The position numbers were made by a program, and so were the translations under genes. A DNA stretch of 64,000 nucleotides. It comes from Eledone cirrhosa. Its lineage: Eukaryota. Under the pieces are notes generated by a model. That model did not search any database. It was given only the letters and a program-made list of their open reading frames with translations, and had not been told where the DNA came from. Location: positions 227,168,001 to 227,232,000 of the forward strand of contig OZ024741.1 in NCBI GenBank assembly GCA_964016885.1, in the 5' to 3' direction. Position 1 is the stretch's first letter; each line of letters opens with the position of its first letter. Positions 1 to 13,458 of the stretch are shown here, in pieces.

Positions 1-115
1 CGGTAGAACAGGCTCACTTCATTTCTTTCTAGATTTTGAAAAGCCTTTGCATTCAAGGATCTCATCTTGCATGAGTATGTATATATAGGTATACATGTGT
101 GCGTGTGTGTGTGTG

Positions 116-2620
116 TCATCATCATCATCATCATTTTACGTCCGCTCTTCCCTGCTTGCAAGGGTGGGACGGGTCTTATTCAGCACAGCATCTCTCCACT
201 TGTCACAGTCCTTTGTCATCTCCACCATGAGCTTCAGCGATCTGAGGTCTGTTCTCACCACCTCCGCCCATGTTTTCGTGGTCTACCTTTACCACGTCTT
301 CCTTCAACTGGCATTTCTCGGCACTTCTTCCATGTGCATCACATGTCCATACCACCTCGGTCTCCTCTCTCTCACACTACATTCTATCCCTCTCAACACA
401 TTCATGCTGGGTCGTTCACGCACATTGACACTGCACATCCAACGGAGCATGCTTGCCTCATTTCTCTCCAGCCGTCGCATATCCTCTGCAGTTGCTGCCC
501 ATGTCTCACTACCATGATGCATCGCTGCATGGTAGTGAGACGTGTCTATCAATGTGACTTCTACTGTCTAATTTCCCTGTACATCTACTGCATACGTATT
601 TCTCCCTACCTGTTAGTTTGCCTGCTATCCCGCTACATCTCTTGTGTACCCAGGATCTGCATTGTGTGCATTTTATAGAATTTATGCCAGTTCCTTTTCT
701 GCATATCGAACATGGCCATTTCCCTGACGGAATCAGAGTTTTGTCCTCTTTTCTACTCATCAACACTTTTGTCTTAGCTAAGTTCACTCTCAGTCCTCTT
801 GCTTCCAACTGCTGTTTCTATAGCCAGAATTTATTCTCTAGCTCCTCTACTGATTCTGCTATAAAAAACAGATCGTCAGCATAGAGAAGTTCCCATGAAC
901 AGCCAGTCTTAAACTCCTCTGTTATGGCTTGGAGGACTATAATGAACAAGAGCGGGCTGAGGACCGAACCTTGATGTACTACTACTTGTATCTGGAATTC
1001 CTCACTAAACTCCATTCCTACTCTGACTTTACTGACAGTACCTCTGTACAAAGTTTGCACTGTCCTCACAAGCCATTCCTCAACACCTAGTTTCCTTAGG
1101 GACTACCAGATGACAGATCGGGGTACCCTATCAAAGGCCTTCACTAGGTCAACAAAGGCTAAGTACAGTGGCTTATTTTTCTCTAAGAACCTCTCTTGTA
1201 ATTGTCTCACCAAGAAGAGGGCATCTGTTGTACTCTTCCCAAGCACAAAACCAAACTGTATCTCATCTAGTTTGACCCTTTCTCTAATTAGTTGTGCTAA
1301 TATCCATTCTGCCACTTTCATAACCTGATCCATCAGTTTTATACCCCTATAATTGCTCCTCTCCAGAGCATCCCCTTTACATTTGTAGCAATTTATGAGA
1401 ATACTGTTGCACCAGTCTTTGGGTATGACACCACCATATATAGCCTGATTGATGATGCATGCAACCAGTTTAGTGCCTACGTCCCCTGATGCCTTCAGCA
1501 TCTCAGCAACTATCCCCGATAGTCCAGCAGCCTTACCATTTTTCATTTCCTTAATCGCTTGTTGGACCCTATATTCGCCAATCTCAATAGCTGGTCCCTC
1601 TGTCGGATCTACTGAGGGTAATTTCTTTCTCTCCCATTCGTTCTCCACATTCATCAGTCTCTCATAATGACATTTCCAGGCCTCCTTTTTCTGATCATTC
1701 GTGACACTAAGTGCTCCGGCATCATTCCGGACACACTTATCTCCAACAACATCCTGATTTGCACTGACACACTGCCTTGTAATGCGGAACACCACACGTC
1801 TCTGATCTTCCCGTCGCAGAACATTGGCAAACCTCCTACACTCAACCTCCCTGCGTGCAAAGTACACCTCACGTCTAGCTTCTCTCTTAGCGGCTGTATA
1901 TCCTTCCCTACTCCCACCCTTTTCCCAAGCCTTCCATGCTAGTCTTTTGTCTCTAATGGCCTTATCTACTGTGCTGTTCCACCACCAGGTCACTCTCTGT
2001 CTGCAGGTTACTGATGAAACTTGTGGCTGGAGCAGAGCTCCAACCACAAGTTTCATCAGTAACCTGCAGTAAGTTGTCACGTAAGAAATTCCAGTTATTA
2101 TCTATGTCATACGTCTTTAAATCATCTTCTTTTTCATCATACACATCTTGAAGGGCTTTCCTAAATTTGTATTTTAGTGAAAGTGTCTTTTAGCTTCCAG
2201 ACCTTTCTTCTCCACACCTTCCTGTATATCTCATTCCATCTCTTGCTTACTGAGATATCACTAACGACTAACCTATGCTGTGGGGTAAATTCTTCCCCAG
2301 GGTATGCCTTGGTATTAGACACTATCTGCCTGTCCCGCTGCCTAACTAGTAAGAAGTCAATCTAGCTTATCTGCTCGCCAGATTTGTAGGTTATTAGATG
2401 GTTGGCAGGTTTCTGGAAGTCAGTGTACTTGCATCACAAAATTCAAGAAGTATCACTCCTTCTTCATTTCTTGAGCTGTACGGTACCCACCATGTACCCC
2501 AGTGTAACCTTCCTGGAGCTGTCCAACAGGATCATTGAAGTCCCCTGAGTCCCCTGCTAGCATAACGATGTCTCCGTCGTCTGTCATTGCAGTTGCTCGT
2601 AAAAGCAGTCTTTCTCATCT
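116..2620 (-). mobile_element. RTE-clade LINE (family A), 5'-truncated and frameshifted
   Basis: Minus-strand ORF pieces: APE end (GDFNDPVG), RT ([38 protein letters not shown]), PHD-like Cys cluster, HGSETW, RWYGHV. The ORF end runs directly into the tail cccgtcccacccttgcaagcaggg...(ATG)n. Confidence 0.92.
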
Positions 2621-3579
2621 TTGCCTAGGCAGAGATGATTGTCAGTAGTCTCCTGCACATACACATACACATACATATATACATTACTCAATTACTGGTT
2701 TCAGACATTAGACTGTAGTTATCATCATCCTCAATTAACATCATTTTTTTTTTTTTTTTTGCTATCAAGGGTTGGATAGGTTGGCATAGACTAATTCAGT
2801 ACATAATTAAAGCTACTAGCCTTCCAGAAGAGCCAGTGGCCACATCAAGCTTGTGTATGTTCTCACACTTTACATAGTGTAATGGGTGTATTTTATTCTG
2901 GGACAAGCACTAGAGGTTGTTATGTCTTTTATATAACTGCAGAATCCTCTTAGCACTTTGTTTGGCTTGGTTTCTACAGCTGGATGCCCCTCCTTACACC
3001 AACCACTTTATATAAGGTGATGTGAGAGAGGAAAGAAGTGGGGATAATCTTTGAGTGTGGAGGCAGGGTAAAATTATGGTGAGAAAAGTTACTAAAGTGC
3101 TATAACTGGTGTGGTGGGATTTAACAGAGTGACGTATGGGTAAAAGGGGGTAAGAGTGATCTTGACTAGTGTGGGAGGGTTATATAGTTAATGAGAATAG
3201 TTACTAAGGAGACATGGCGAAAGGGGTTGGGCATGAATGGCTCATGTCACATTCACACATAACACATACACACATAACACATACACACTCAACACATACA
3301 CACTCAACACATACACACACAACATACACACATGATCTCAAATTGTTAATTTAGTTTCTTACTCTTTTAAATTATGGTGGGAACTACTACATATGGGATG
3401 ACCTGATAAAAAAAAAGGTAATTGAAAAAAATAATGGAAGGAGGGGGGCATCATATTGAAATTCAAATTAATTTGCTCCAAAGGAAAAAAGAAAAAACTA
3501 TGCAAAAATGACAAACAAAAAGTCGTGGAAGACAAATGAACATAAGTGCAATAAAATTTACACAAAAGAATTGGCTTAC

Positions 3580-3684
3580 TTGGCGTCTTCTTGAATTGCA
3601 GGCCTAGTCTTTCATTGAAGTATACTTTGGCTTTTTCATATTCTATCAATTTTTGGTTGACGCTATTATCTTGCTTAGATATTA
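3580..3684 (-). CDS. SPC25: Spc25 exon at the coiled-coil/RWD junction
   Basis: Polypyrimidine ttttttgttag| ... |gtaagc, 105 nt, phase 1 to phase 1. Reads (L)ISKQDNSVNQKLIEYEKAKVYFNERLGLQFKKTP; F..RLGL.F.K matches the SPC25 'YKDRLGLEIRK' signature. Remaining RWD exons presumably lie left of the window. Confidence 0.85.
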
Positions 3685-4184
3685 CTAACAAAAAAAAAGA
3701 GAACAAATTAATGAACAATTTTTCAATATTTTATACATTTTTTTTTTCTTTTATTTTTACACAAATTTACTTGTGTAATTAGATTAGTATAACTGTGTTG
3801 TCAAAACGACAGCCAGTTCAATTATATTCATTAAGTGATTGTTCCTTATAGTTAACACAATCTTCACCATTCTTATGTTTTACAGGAGATTCTGTTTACT
3901 GAATCTGACTTTTCTTTCTATTCCATCAGTGGAGTAGAATATGTCGAAGTAATATAGAAAAGAAAGCTAATTCAAATAAGTTTTTCCCTCATTTATATTT
4001 TACTATAAAAAATACCATACTTGATAGAAGACATCATCATCATCGTTTTATGGCCAGTTTTCTTGCTGGCATGGATTGGACAAGTTGTCACAGTTCAAGA
4101 CTTCATCATGTTTACACATTCCATATTTGACAAGGTTTCCACAGCTGGATGTCCTTCATGATGTCAACCACTTTACAGTGTGAC

Positions 4185-4548
4185 TGTAGTGAACAAAGGA
4201 AAATACATTTTCCTTTGGCGGAAGAATGGTGTCACAGAGGTGAATTGGCTGAAGTAGCCAATCAGGGCCCTCAGCGGATCGAGACAAGTTGCGGGACTAC
4301 TTGGACCAGAGACACAGTTGGCTGACAGGCAGAGAGACACAGAGAGAGTTCACTGAACGACCAGCATCAAGACGTGCATGCAGCCAACACGATGTGAAGA
4401 CTTGCTCAACCTTCTCTTGTTATTTTCGATTCCATATTTATACAACAAATAAAAGGGAATTTTTGTTATAACGGATTATGTCGTTTTTGTCATTGCCTTC
4501 TGAATCGATAAATTTAATAATCTCCAGCGACACGTAATCTTCGTTATA
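4185..4548 (+). repeat. Gypsy LTR type B (5' LTR)
   Basis: Starts TGTAGT and is near-identical to 9338-9716. Followed by PBS TGGTGACTCCAACGTGAT. Confidence 0.85.
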
Positions 4549-4550
4549 AA

Positions 4551-4568
4551 TGGTGACTCCAACGTGAT
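4551..4568 (+). promoter_or_regulatory. Primer binding site, tRNA-Trp type
   Basis: TGGTGACTCCAACGTGAT lies 2 nt after the LTR; 16/18 match to the complement of the eukaryotic tRNA-Trp 3' end (TGGTGACCCCGACGTGAT). Confidence 0.75.
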
Positions 4569-4589
4569 CAACATGCCACTTACCACTCT

Positions 4590-4954
4590 ACATAATAAAT
4601 GGTGATAGTAGTTTTATTAATCACCGTTTAGCAGAGTTATTTAGATGTAGTGAGAAAGTAATGTTTGTTAATTTGTATAATTGTAATTAAACATAAAAGG
4701 ATTACAAAAGGAAGGTGCCATTGTGCCAGGCCCAAGGCAACCGGCAGGCCAAAGTGCAAATTTCACCGTTACATATTGTACGTGTCGTTCCTTCGAAGCT
4801 CAGGATGCGAGAGGCTGATTCTTCAAATCCTCGTGGGTAATTTCTCTCTCAAGGCGCGTAGGGACACATTCTCTTCTGCTGGCGCTGATTGGCTGAGCTG
4901 AGCCAAATCACGCACAGAGAATGTATGTGAGCCCGCGGAATGTAGGTCACTACA
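4590..4954 (-). repeat. LTR type A, inverted copy
   Basis: Reverse complement matches 11108-11465. On the minus strand it is preceded by the purine tract AGAGGGGGAGTAC then TGTAGT. Confidence 0.8.
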
Positions 4955-5449
4955 GTACTCCCCCTCTAGTCGTAAGACGATACAGATTATTGAATCAGCA
5001 GGAAAAAAATGCTGAAAGAGCACATCAACGAAAAAATTAAACAAAAGAATACATGCAAGAAGAAAAATGAGGCGCTAAGGGCCGTGTTGAGCCGCTGTGT
5101 CAAATGACTAGCTGTTTTGCTATTTATATGTGACCACCAGGAGTCTAACAGAAAACGGATAAAGTCTGACATGGACGAAGTTGCTGTTCTTGCATTAAAT
5201 GTTAATGGTAAGTGTTGTACCAGTAGCTGTGGATGAAACTATTATGGTAGTTTGCCAGTGCTCGCAAGAAGATGATGGGTAGGCGAGAAAAAGTCGGCCT
5301 CCCAGATGTATTGCCGAAAATGCTAGGCAACCAGGAAAAAATGGCTGGTTGTTTTGAAAAGAAAAAAGCAAGTTGAATCTGTAGGTGGGTAGTAGTTGCA
5401 GTGTAAATTCCATAATTCTGGCAAATCCATAGAAGTGGTGAAAATGCTG

Positions 5450-5662
5450 ACATAATCTGTTATAACAAAAATTCCCTTTATTTGTTGTACAAATATGGAA
5501 TCGAAAATAACAAGAGAAGGTTGAGCAAGTCTTCACAACGTGTTGGGTGCATGGACGTCTTGATGATGGTCATTCAGTGAACTCTCTCTGTGTATCTCTG
5601 CCTGTCAGCCAACTGTGTCTCAGGTCCAAGTAGTCCCGCAACTTTGTGTCGATCCGCTGAGG
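5450..5662 (-). repeat. Partial LTR type B, inverted
   Basis: Reverse complement matches ~4270-4480 (ctcagcggatcga...ttgttataac). Confidence 0.8.
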
Positions 5663-5679
5663 CAGGCTGTTGTAGACAG

Positions 5680-8600
5680 CCGTTCCCTTTCCAACCAGGG
5701 AAACGAATTTCAGGAGACCTGAGCACGGCAGTCTCCTCTGACACTCCCAAATAATCGTGTATTCTTCATAACTGACATGTTTTACCAAGCTCGATGTCTG
5801 GTGGATACAGGTGCTGCTTGCAGCATATGGCCACTAAAACTTCTCAAAGAGAAGCCGCCAGTTTCATCTATTTCTCTGCAAGCCGTAAATCATTCTCCTA
5901 TCTCCACGTATGGTCAAATTTCTCGTTCTTTGAACCTGGAATTGCGAAGAGACTTCACGTGGATTTTCACGGTCGCTGATTTGCCTTACCCTATTCTAGG
6001 CTCGGATTTCCTGCACCACTATAACCTCTTAGTGGATATGCGCAGACGCCGGTTGTTGGCTGCTAATACGGAACTCTCAGTTCCAGGTTTGAAATCTACT
6101 GTCTCATCTATCAGCCCGGTATTCTTTATCACCGCTTCCGAGGACCCTTTCCAGTCGCTTCTAAATTCCTTCCCGGAATTGACAAATTTGAATTTTGTGG
6201 TGAGCAAGCCTACTCACTCCACAAAACATTATATCGAAACTTCTGGCGCTCCTGTATTTTCACAGCTCCCGCCACCTCCCTGCAGAGAAATTGAAAGCGG
6301 CGAAGGCTGAATTTAACCACATGCTACAGCTGGGGATCATACGCCCTTCCTCCAGTCCGTGGGCCTCTCCTTTGCATTTGGTTCCAAAGTGTTCCGGCGA
6401 TTGGCGTCCGACTGGGGACTTTTGCCGATTTAACGCAATGACTGTACCCGATCCCACACATTCAGGATTTTGCTTCTTCCTTACATGGATGCACAGTTTT
6501 TTCTAAACTGGATTTAGTCAGAGCGTATCATCAGATGCCACTTAATCCAGCAGATATTCCGAAGACTGCTATCACTACACCCTTTGGTGCTTTTGAGTTC
6601 CTAACGATGCCCTTTGGTCTATGCAACGCCATTAGTACCTTTCAACGCTTCATGGACGAAATCACCAGAGACCTGGATTTTGTAATGTGCTATATAGACG
6701 ACGTACTCGTTGCTAGCACATCTCCAGAGGAACATGTTAAACACCTTCGTTTGTTATTTCAACGGTTTAAGAAGTACCAAGTTTGCATTAACCTTGCGAA
6801 GTGTATATTTGGTGCGTCTTCGCTAGTTTTTCTAGGACACATCATTAGTCCTACAGGCATATCACCTCCACCGGATAAAGTGAAAGGTCTTCAGGAATTA
6901 TCTCCTCCTACATCATTACGTCAATTACATCAGTTCTTGGGACTGCTAAATTATTACCGTCGATTTATTCCACATTGTGCTGAGCGCATAGCACCTCTTT
7001 CTGAACAGTTGCGGAATCGAAATAAGAAAAACGAATCTATTTCTTTAGACCCTGCTCAACTCGAAGATTATTCCAGAGAGAAACAGGAATTAGCTGATGT
7101 CACCCTGCTTGCACATCCTGTGCCTGATGCCCAGTTTTCACTGGTCGTTGATGCATCAGGCACAGCAGTAGGTGCAGTTTTGCAGCAGTGCCACAACCAG
7201 AAGATGCAACCACATGCATATTTCTCAAAACAGCTTAAACCCGCTGAAACCCGATACAGTACTTTCGGCAGAGAACTGTTAGCGATGTATTTGGCAATCA
7301 AACAATTCCAGCATTCGTTGGAAGGACGCCAGTTTACGATCTTCACGGACCATCGTCCTTTGACATTTGCTCTCAAAGCGAAACCCGAAAGATACTCGCC
7401 ACGTGAAACTCGACATTTAGATTATGTATCACAATTCACTAGTGATATAGACCATATTCCTGGATCACAGAATTTAGCGGCAGATGCATTATCTCGTTTA
7501 CCTGTCAACTCACTATCGACAAAAACGGATATTGATCTACGTTTGCTCGCTGCTGACCAGCCTGCTTTGGACGAATTGGATTTATCTGCGACCGAATTTG
7601 CGACGTGCAAATTCAAACAACTACCTGTACACAATTCTGACACAAGCATCCTGTGTGACATGTCGACTGATTTGCCTCGACCTTTCGTTCCGGAACTTCA
7701 TCGGTGAACAGTTTTCGACATGTTACACAACCTCTCACACCCTGGAATCCATTCATCAGTGAAACTCATTACGGCCAGATTCTTTTGGCCAAATATGACA
7801 CGAGCTATCACTGCATGGTCTCGTTCCTGCATACATTGCCAGAAGTCTAAGGTGCACAAACACATTCGAGCACCTCTGGGCACATTCAACGCTCCAGATG
7901 CCCGCTTTGACCATATTCATATCGACCTAGTTGGACATTGTCCGGTCAATAATGGATATACATATCTTCTTACGTGTATCGACCGTTTTACACGTTGGCC
8001 TGAAGCCATTCCTCTCGAAGAGATTTCAGCAGAATCGGTAGCACGAGCTCTGATGTCTGGCTGAATTTCGCGATACGGTGTCCCTTCCACGATCACCACT
8101 GACCGTGGCAGACAATTAGAATCACATCTCTTCCATGAACTTTCTAAATTCTTAGGGATACGTCGGATTAGAAATACTAGTTACCACCCGGCGTCAAATG
8201 GCATGATAGAGCGCTTTCATCACCAATTAAAAGTAGCATTGCGTGCTTATCCCGACCAGCAAAAGTGGAGTTTAATATCTACCAATTGTTCTTGGCTGTT
8301 GCGCAGCAGTCAGAGAGGATCTCGGATATTCCCCAGCGGAATTGCTGTACGGAGATGTGGAGATGTGGTGATCCTTGAGCAAGACACTTTATTTCATATT
8401 GCTCCAGTTTACTCAGCTGTAGAAATGAGATGATAGGGACTGCGGTCCATATCATTCCACTGCAAAGTGCTCGTGGAGGTGCCACGGCAAAAAAGCACCC
8501 AGCACTCACTGTAAATGAGGTTGGTGTTAGGAAGGGCATCCAGCTGTAGAAATCAAGCCAGAATCAGTTCCCGTCCCACCCTTGCAAGCAGGGAAAAAAG

Positions 8601-9120
8601 CGGACGTAAAATGAAATGAATGAAATGAAATGAACACCTTTATCCTTGCCGGGACAGATGTTAGTCCCAGTCGACCCATCGCTGGAAGATCCAACGTTAT
8701 ATATTAACCGTTTGCGATCATATTTCAACGATCTTCCGCCTATGGGAACACGTCAACAGACGATTAAATCTTCGGTTCCTAAAAACATTACTTCTTGGAC
8801 TCACGTTTTTCTACGTAAAGACTCAGTGATAGGACCACTGGTACCACCCTATACAGGACCATACCGTGTCCTGGCAAAAACGGACAAACTTTTTACCATA
8901 GACATTTGTGGTAGGAAACAGTTTCTGTAGATAGGATTAAACAGGCCTTTACAGACGCTCCACCAGTTGAACCCCATACAACCCCCACATACAATACATT
9001 GCATGTTGAACCTTCACAAGCATACTCACCCACCTTCATTACCTTCAACAACATGTTACGACGACTCGTAGTGGTCGTAGAGTACATTGGCCTCAGAGAT
9101 TGAGGAAAACAATCTATATA
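5680..9120 (+). pseudogene. Ty3/Gypsy (CsRn1-like) pol: protease-RT-RNaseH-integrase, with frameshifts and stops; gag mostly deleted
   Basis: LVDTGA protease; SPWASPLH, MPFGL, YIDD RT; DAS, RELLA, FTDHRPL, ADALSR RNase H; HNLSHPG...CIHCQ zinc finger, [19 protein letters not shown] integrase. Domain order is Gypsy. Interrupted by a SINE at 8355-8634. Confidence 0.92.
8355..8634 (+). mobile_element. tRNA-derived SINE (headless copy) inserted in the Gypsy integrase
   Basis: Matches the full copy at 59052-59392. Splits ELLYG|TPLSLPGQ. Ends in an (ATGAA)n tail. Confidence 0.85.
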
Positions 9121-9337
9121 TATGAACTGTGATATTGTTCAAACTTTTGACTATTATGTAAACAATTACTTTTGCTTGTTCAATTATGTTATGTTTCATT
9201 TTTCTTGGTTGTATTCATGCATGTATCTTTTCTCGGTGTACCCGATGATTTTTTATTGTTTGATGTCATGTAGACATATTGCATATTTAGCACTACTCAT
9301 ATATTGATATCGATCTTCGATCTAAACGGAGAGTACT

Positions 9338-9716
9338 GTAGTGAACAGAATTATTATGTATTTTCCTTTGGCGGAAGAATGGTGTCACAGAGGTGAATTG
9401 GCTGAAGTAGCCAATCAGGGCCCTCAGCGGATCGGGACAAGTTGCGGGACCACTTGGACCAGAGACACAGTTGGCTGACAGGCAGAGAGACACAGAGAGA
9501 GTTCACTGAACGACCAGCATCAAGACGTGCATGCACCCAACACGATGTGAAGACTTGCTCAACCTTCTCTTGTTATTTTCGATTCCATATTTATACAACA
9601 AATAAAAGGGAATTTTTGTTATAACGGATTATCGATAAATTTAATAATATAATCGATAAATTTAATAATATAATCGATAAATTTAATAATATCTCCAGCG
9701 ACACGTAATCCTCGTT
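9338..9716 (+). repeat. Gypsy LTR type B (3' LTR)
   Basis: Preceded by purine tract AAACGGAGAGTAC and starts TGTAGT; near-identical to 4185-4548. Contains a triplicated atcgataaatttaataatat. Confidence 0.85.
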
Positions 9717-11088
9717 AACTCTGCTAAACGGTGATTAATAAAACTGCTACAATCCAACATGTTTGTCACACACCACATCAATTCTTGTTAAAAAATAATA
9801 GGATCTGGTGTTGTGTGTATATGGAAAAAAGAAAATTAATTAGCAGTACCCCATTTTCGTTGGAATGTGTCGACCAACATTTCGAACACGCAGCAAACTT
9901 TATTAACAAACTAGGAAAAATACGCAGACACAGAAACGAACACACGCACATGTAAAATTCTCGTTCAGACAGACTCTTTTTCTTTCACCTAACGCGATAT
10001 TTTTTTTTTTTCGGACTACAAAATCCCTCCGACCGCTTTAGACATGGATTTCTCTCCGCATACACTGTCTTACAACGAACACTAAAATAAAAAAAATAAA
10101 AAATAAAATTGATTTTTTTTTTTTTTACACATTTCAACATGAACAATTATTTTTGCTGAATCTCATCTATTGCTTATTCTTTCCACCAAGCCTTTTTCAT
10201 TGTTCACTAAAAAAAAATTCAAAATGGCGTCTTTTGCTCTATTTACTTTCATTATCGGCCATCTTGTCTTCCTGGTTTCATCATTTTTTCCCCCCCGCGC
10301 ATTTTCAACTCGACTTTCATCTTTACTTAGCACGCGGGTACTGTGCACACATCTCGACCCACTGAGAATACACACGCCTTACTATTAATTTCAAGGACTT
10401 CCAGCCTCTGGCTATATTCTCATATTTGCCAGTTAAAAAATTTACCATGTTGTGAATTTGCCGTTAATTACTGCGCATTTATTCAGAATGCTTGTTTCTA
10501 TGGTCACGGCTCTCTGAACTCACTCAAGCGTTTATTGGCTGCTATTTCTGTTAACCTACGCATAATTTTTTTGAACCTGCTTACTGTGAACGAATGGTTT
10601 CCATTGAAACAATTTCAAAAGGCTCTCTGCGAGACATCAGCATCAACAACAGCATCATCTTTGCTTTATCAACAACATCAAATCAGCAGAACAACCAAGA
10701 GAGAATTATTTCTTCTTGCAACTATCTTCTTGTGAGAAATTTCGCACCAGCCTTCGGAAGTTGGGAATTTCACGTTCAACCACAAAAAAGAAACACCTGC
10801 ATACATCATCCGGACACACTTTCCTGCTGTCATTGTGCCAAATCCTGTGAACTATTTGAACACTATTTGAACTCTTTATATATTTCTTTTCAATTTTCAT
10901 TTTTTTGGTTACATTTTTGCATGCCTTGCCTTTCTTTGCTCCTGTTGCAAATATGTGCTTGTTTTTTATACTTTGCTCCTTTGCAAACTTTTATAATTTT
11001 CATACTTTTGCCTGACTCGCATTCATTCTGCACGCCTTTTCACTACATTAAACCTCTTTTTTATCGTCTATCGACTGGTGGAAGGCCA

Positions 11089-11504
11089 TGTAGTGATAGA
11101 CAACATTATAGTGACCTACATTCCGCGGGCTCACATACATTCTCTGTGCGTGATTTGGCTCAGCTCAGCTAATCAGCGCCAGAAGAGAATGTGTCCCTAC
11201 GCGCCCTGAGGGAGAAATTCCCTGCGAGGATTTGAAGAATCGGCCTCTCACATCCTGAACTTCGAAGGAACAACACGTACAACATGTAATGGTGAGATTT
11301 TGCACTTTGCACTTTGGCCTGCCGGCCTGCCTCAAGCCTGGTACAATGGCACATTCCTTTTGTAATCCTTTTATGTTTAACTACAATCATACAAATTAAC
11401 AAACAGTACTTTCTCACTACATCTAAATAACTCTGCTAAACGGTGATTAATAAAACTGCTACAATCCAACATGTTTGTCACACACCACATCAATTCTCAT
11501 TATA
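11089..11504 (+). repeat. LTR type A with upstream PPT; closes a non-coding internal segment (9790-11088)
   Basis: GGTGGAAGGCCA|TGTAGT start. Matches the inverted copy at 4590-4954, and its last ~70 bp are repeated at 9717-9787. Confidence 0.75.
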
Positions 11505-11739
11505 TGTACTGGGTGCATGTTATAAGGCTCCATAATAAAAAAAAAGGGCCCCAAAATATCAAGCTACTTGATATAAAAACAATGGATACTTACCTGTAAT
11601 TATATGAAAAATATATGTTTTAATATTGCCAGCTGAAACAGGTGCAGAGATTTATATGTCCCCTGAATGCAGTATATAGTTCAGTTTAAATACCTTGAAA
11701 TATCTTTTATACTGCTAAGACTCCTAATACCATCAGAAC

Positions 11740-12660
11740 ACCCAAATTTGTACAAAAGGTGAAGAAAATTATTGATAAAGACTCCATAAACTCAATTAGG
11801 AGCATTGCTAAAGAGCTTATGGTATCAAGGTACGCTATCAGAAAAATTGTGCAGGAAGAACTTTGATATTAGTCATATGTGACACGGAGAGACCAATTCA
11901 TGTCTGCAAAAACAAATGATAACCGTCAAATACACACAAAGTGCTTGCTGAGCAAGTAGAAACATTAAGAACCTAGAGTGCTTCGGTTTTTCTCCGATCA
12001 AATAAACTTTGACCAGGACCAAAAGGTCAACTGAAGGAATGACAGATGGTTATGCAGAGACACTCAAGATGTTCTAATGGTCAAACACACTAAGTTTCCA
12101 GCAACTGTGATGTCATGCCTCCTCACTTCTTTTCTCAGGGCTTAAGGGCCAATGCTGTTGACTATAAAGTATTGGAGAAGGCTGTGAGGCCTTTGATAGA
12201 GAGCGTGAGCAAAAGGAAACTATACACCGACCAAGAAGATTCTGCCCCATCTCATAAGATCAAGACAACCCAAGGATGGATGTGTTACAAACTCTGTTCA
12301 CATCACCCCATACATATGGCTCCTCTCACTCTCCAGACCTGAATCTGTTGCACAACTACGTATGGAGCAGAGTCAAGAAGGAAGTCAATCAACGCCCCCA
12401 TAACACTTTAAAATCTGTGAAGTCTGGCATATCTAGCACAATGATCAAAATAGATATAGATTATCTGATTCAGGTATGTTAACATTTCAGACCTTGTATT
12501 GAAGCAGTCATCAATGCTAACAGCTGATTCATTTAGATGTGTCAAGAAGACTCAAGATTATTCATGCAAATGTTTTCTCAAATAAAGTTCTTCTTTCATG
12601 ACTTATGCATCTTTTACTAAATTAATACAAATGCCCCCAAAGAACTGAGCAACCTTGTAT
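11740..12660 (+). mobile_element. Degenerate Tc1/mariner transposase relic (maT/DD37D-like)
   Basis: FSDQINFDQD, NDRWL, TKFPATVM, EDSAPSH and SPDLNLLHNYVW motifs across frameshifts. Confidence 0.75.
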
Positions 12661-13458
12661 AAATCACAATATCTGTGTGTTTATCCCATAAGAGAATAAA
12701 TATTAGATTGAATTAGATAAACTACAAAATCATATATGATAGCGCAAGTTCGTATAATTCAGATGTAAAAAATGTAGTTTTGCTTTTTTCATACATTTGC
12801 ATAAACTGGTGGAAGGCAGAAGGCTCAGGTGTCACACCAGTGACAGCTCAAACCACATGAAAGCCTATCTACAAATACAGACAGCCGATAGAAGGCCAGC
12901 TCTGCTACTAACACCACAACTATAACAACAAAAGCAACAGCAAAAGATAAACTCTTTACAGACTCCCAAACTTCTGCCCTTCTCCTCAGTCTCCAACCTC
13001 TTGGACGGTGACACCTTACTGAGTGATGAGAAGAATCCAGTGGCAAGGATTTTTAAGCTGGCCCAACTAATGGTTAAATGAGAAGTGGAATCTCCAGCAC
13101 TTAGCCAACACCAAAACATTCATCACACCAACATAACCAAACCTCACAACCTCAACCACTAAAACGGAGAAAACCAAAAACGTGTAAGAACCAGAACACA
13201 ACAAATTAGTCCACCGGCATCAATTTCATGATTGTTCAAAAAAGCGACAGTGAAGTGATGCAGAAAGTTGTCAACAATAACATTTAAACAAAAGAGGTGG
13301 GTTTCAATGAAGTCAAACATAAAACATACTTTTAGTCTAGACTGACTCAAAAACATACAGAACATTAAAAACAAAATCCCCACACTTTATATACCCTGCC
13401 TTTGTAACATCCCTCTCATTCACAGACTTAGTGGCAAATATAAGACATTATTATCATT

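Noticed and set aside
2011-2020. CTGATGA matches here and at ~7753, 23004, 27455, 45719 and 61526 as hammerheads
   Set aside because: No correctly placed stem II, GAAA, UH and stem I pairing.
10343-11172. 130-aa and 192-aa ORFs in the LTR internal segment as env or gag
   Set aside because: No recognisable motifs, and one ORF runs into the LTR; treated as non-coding.
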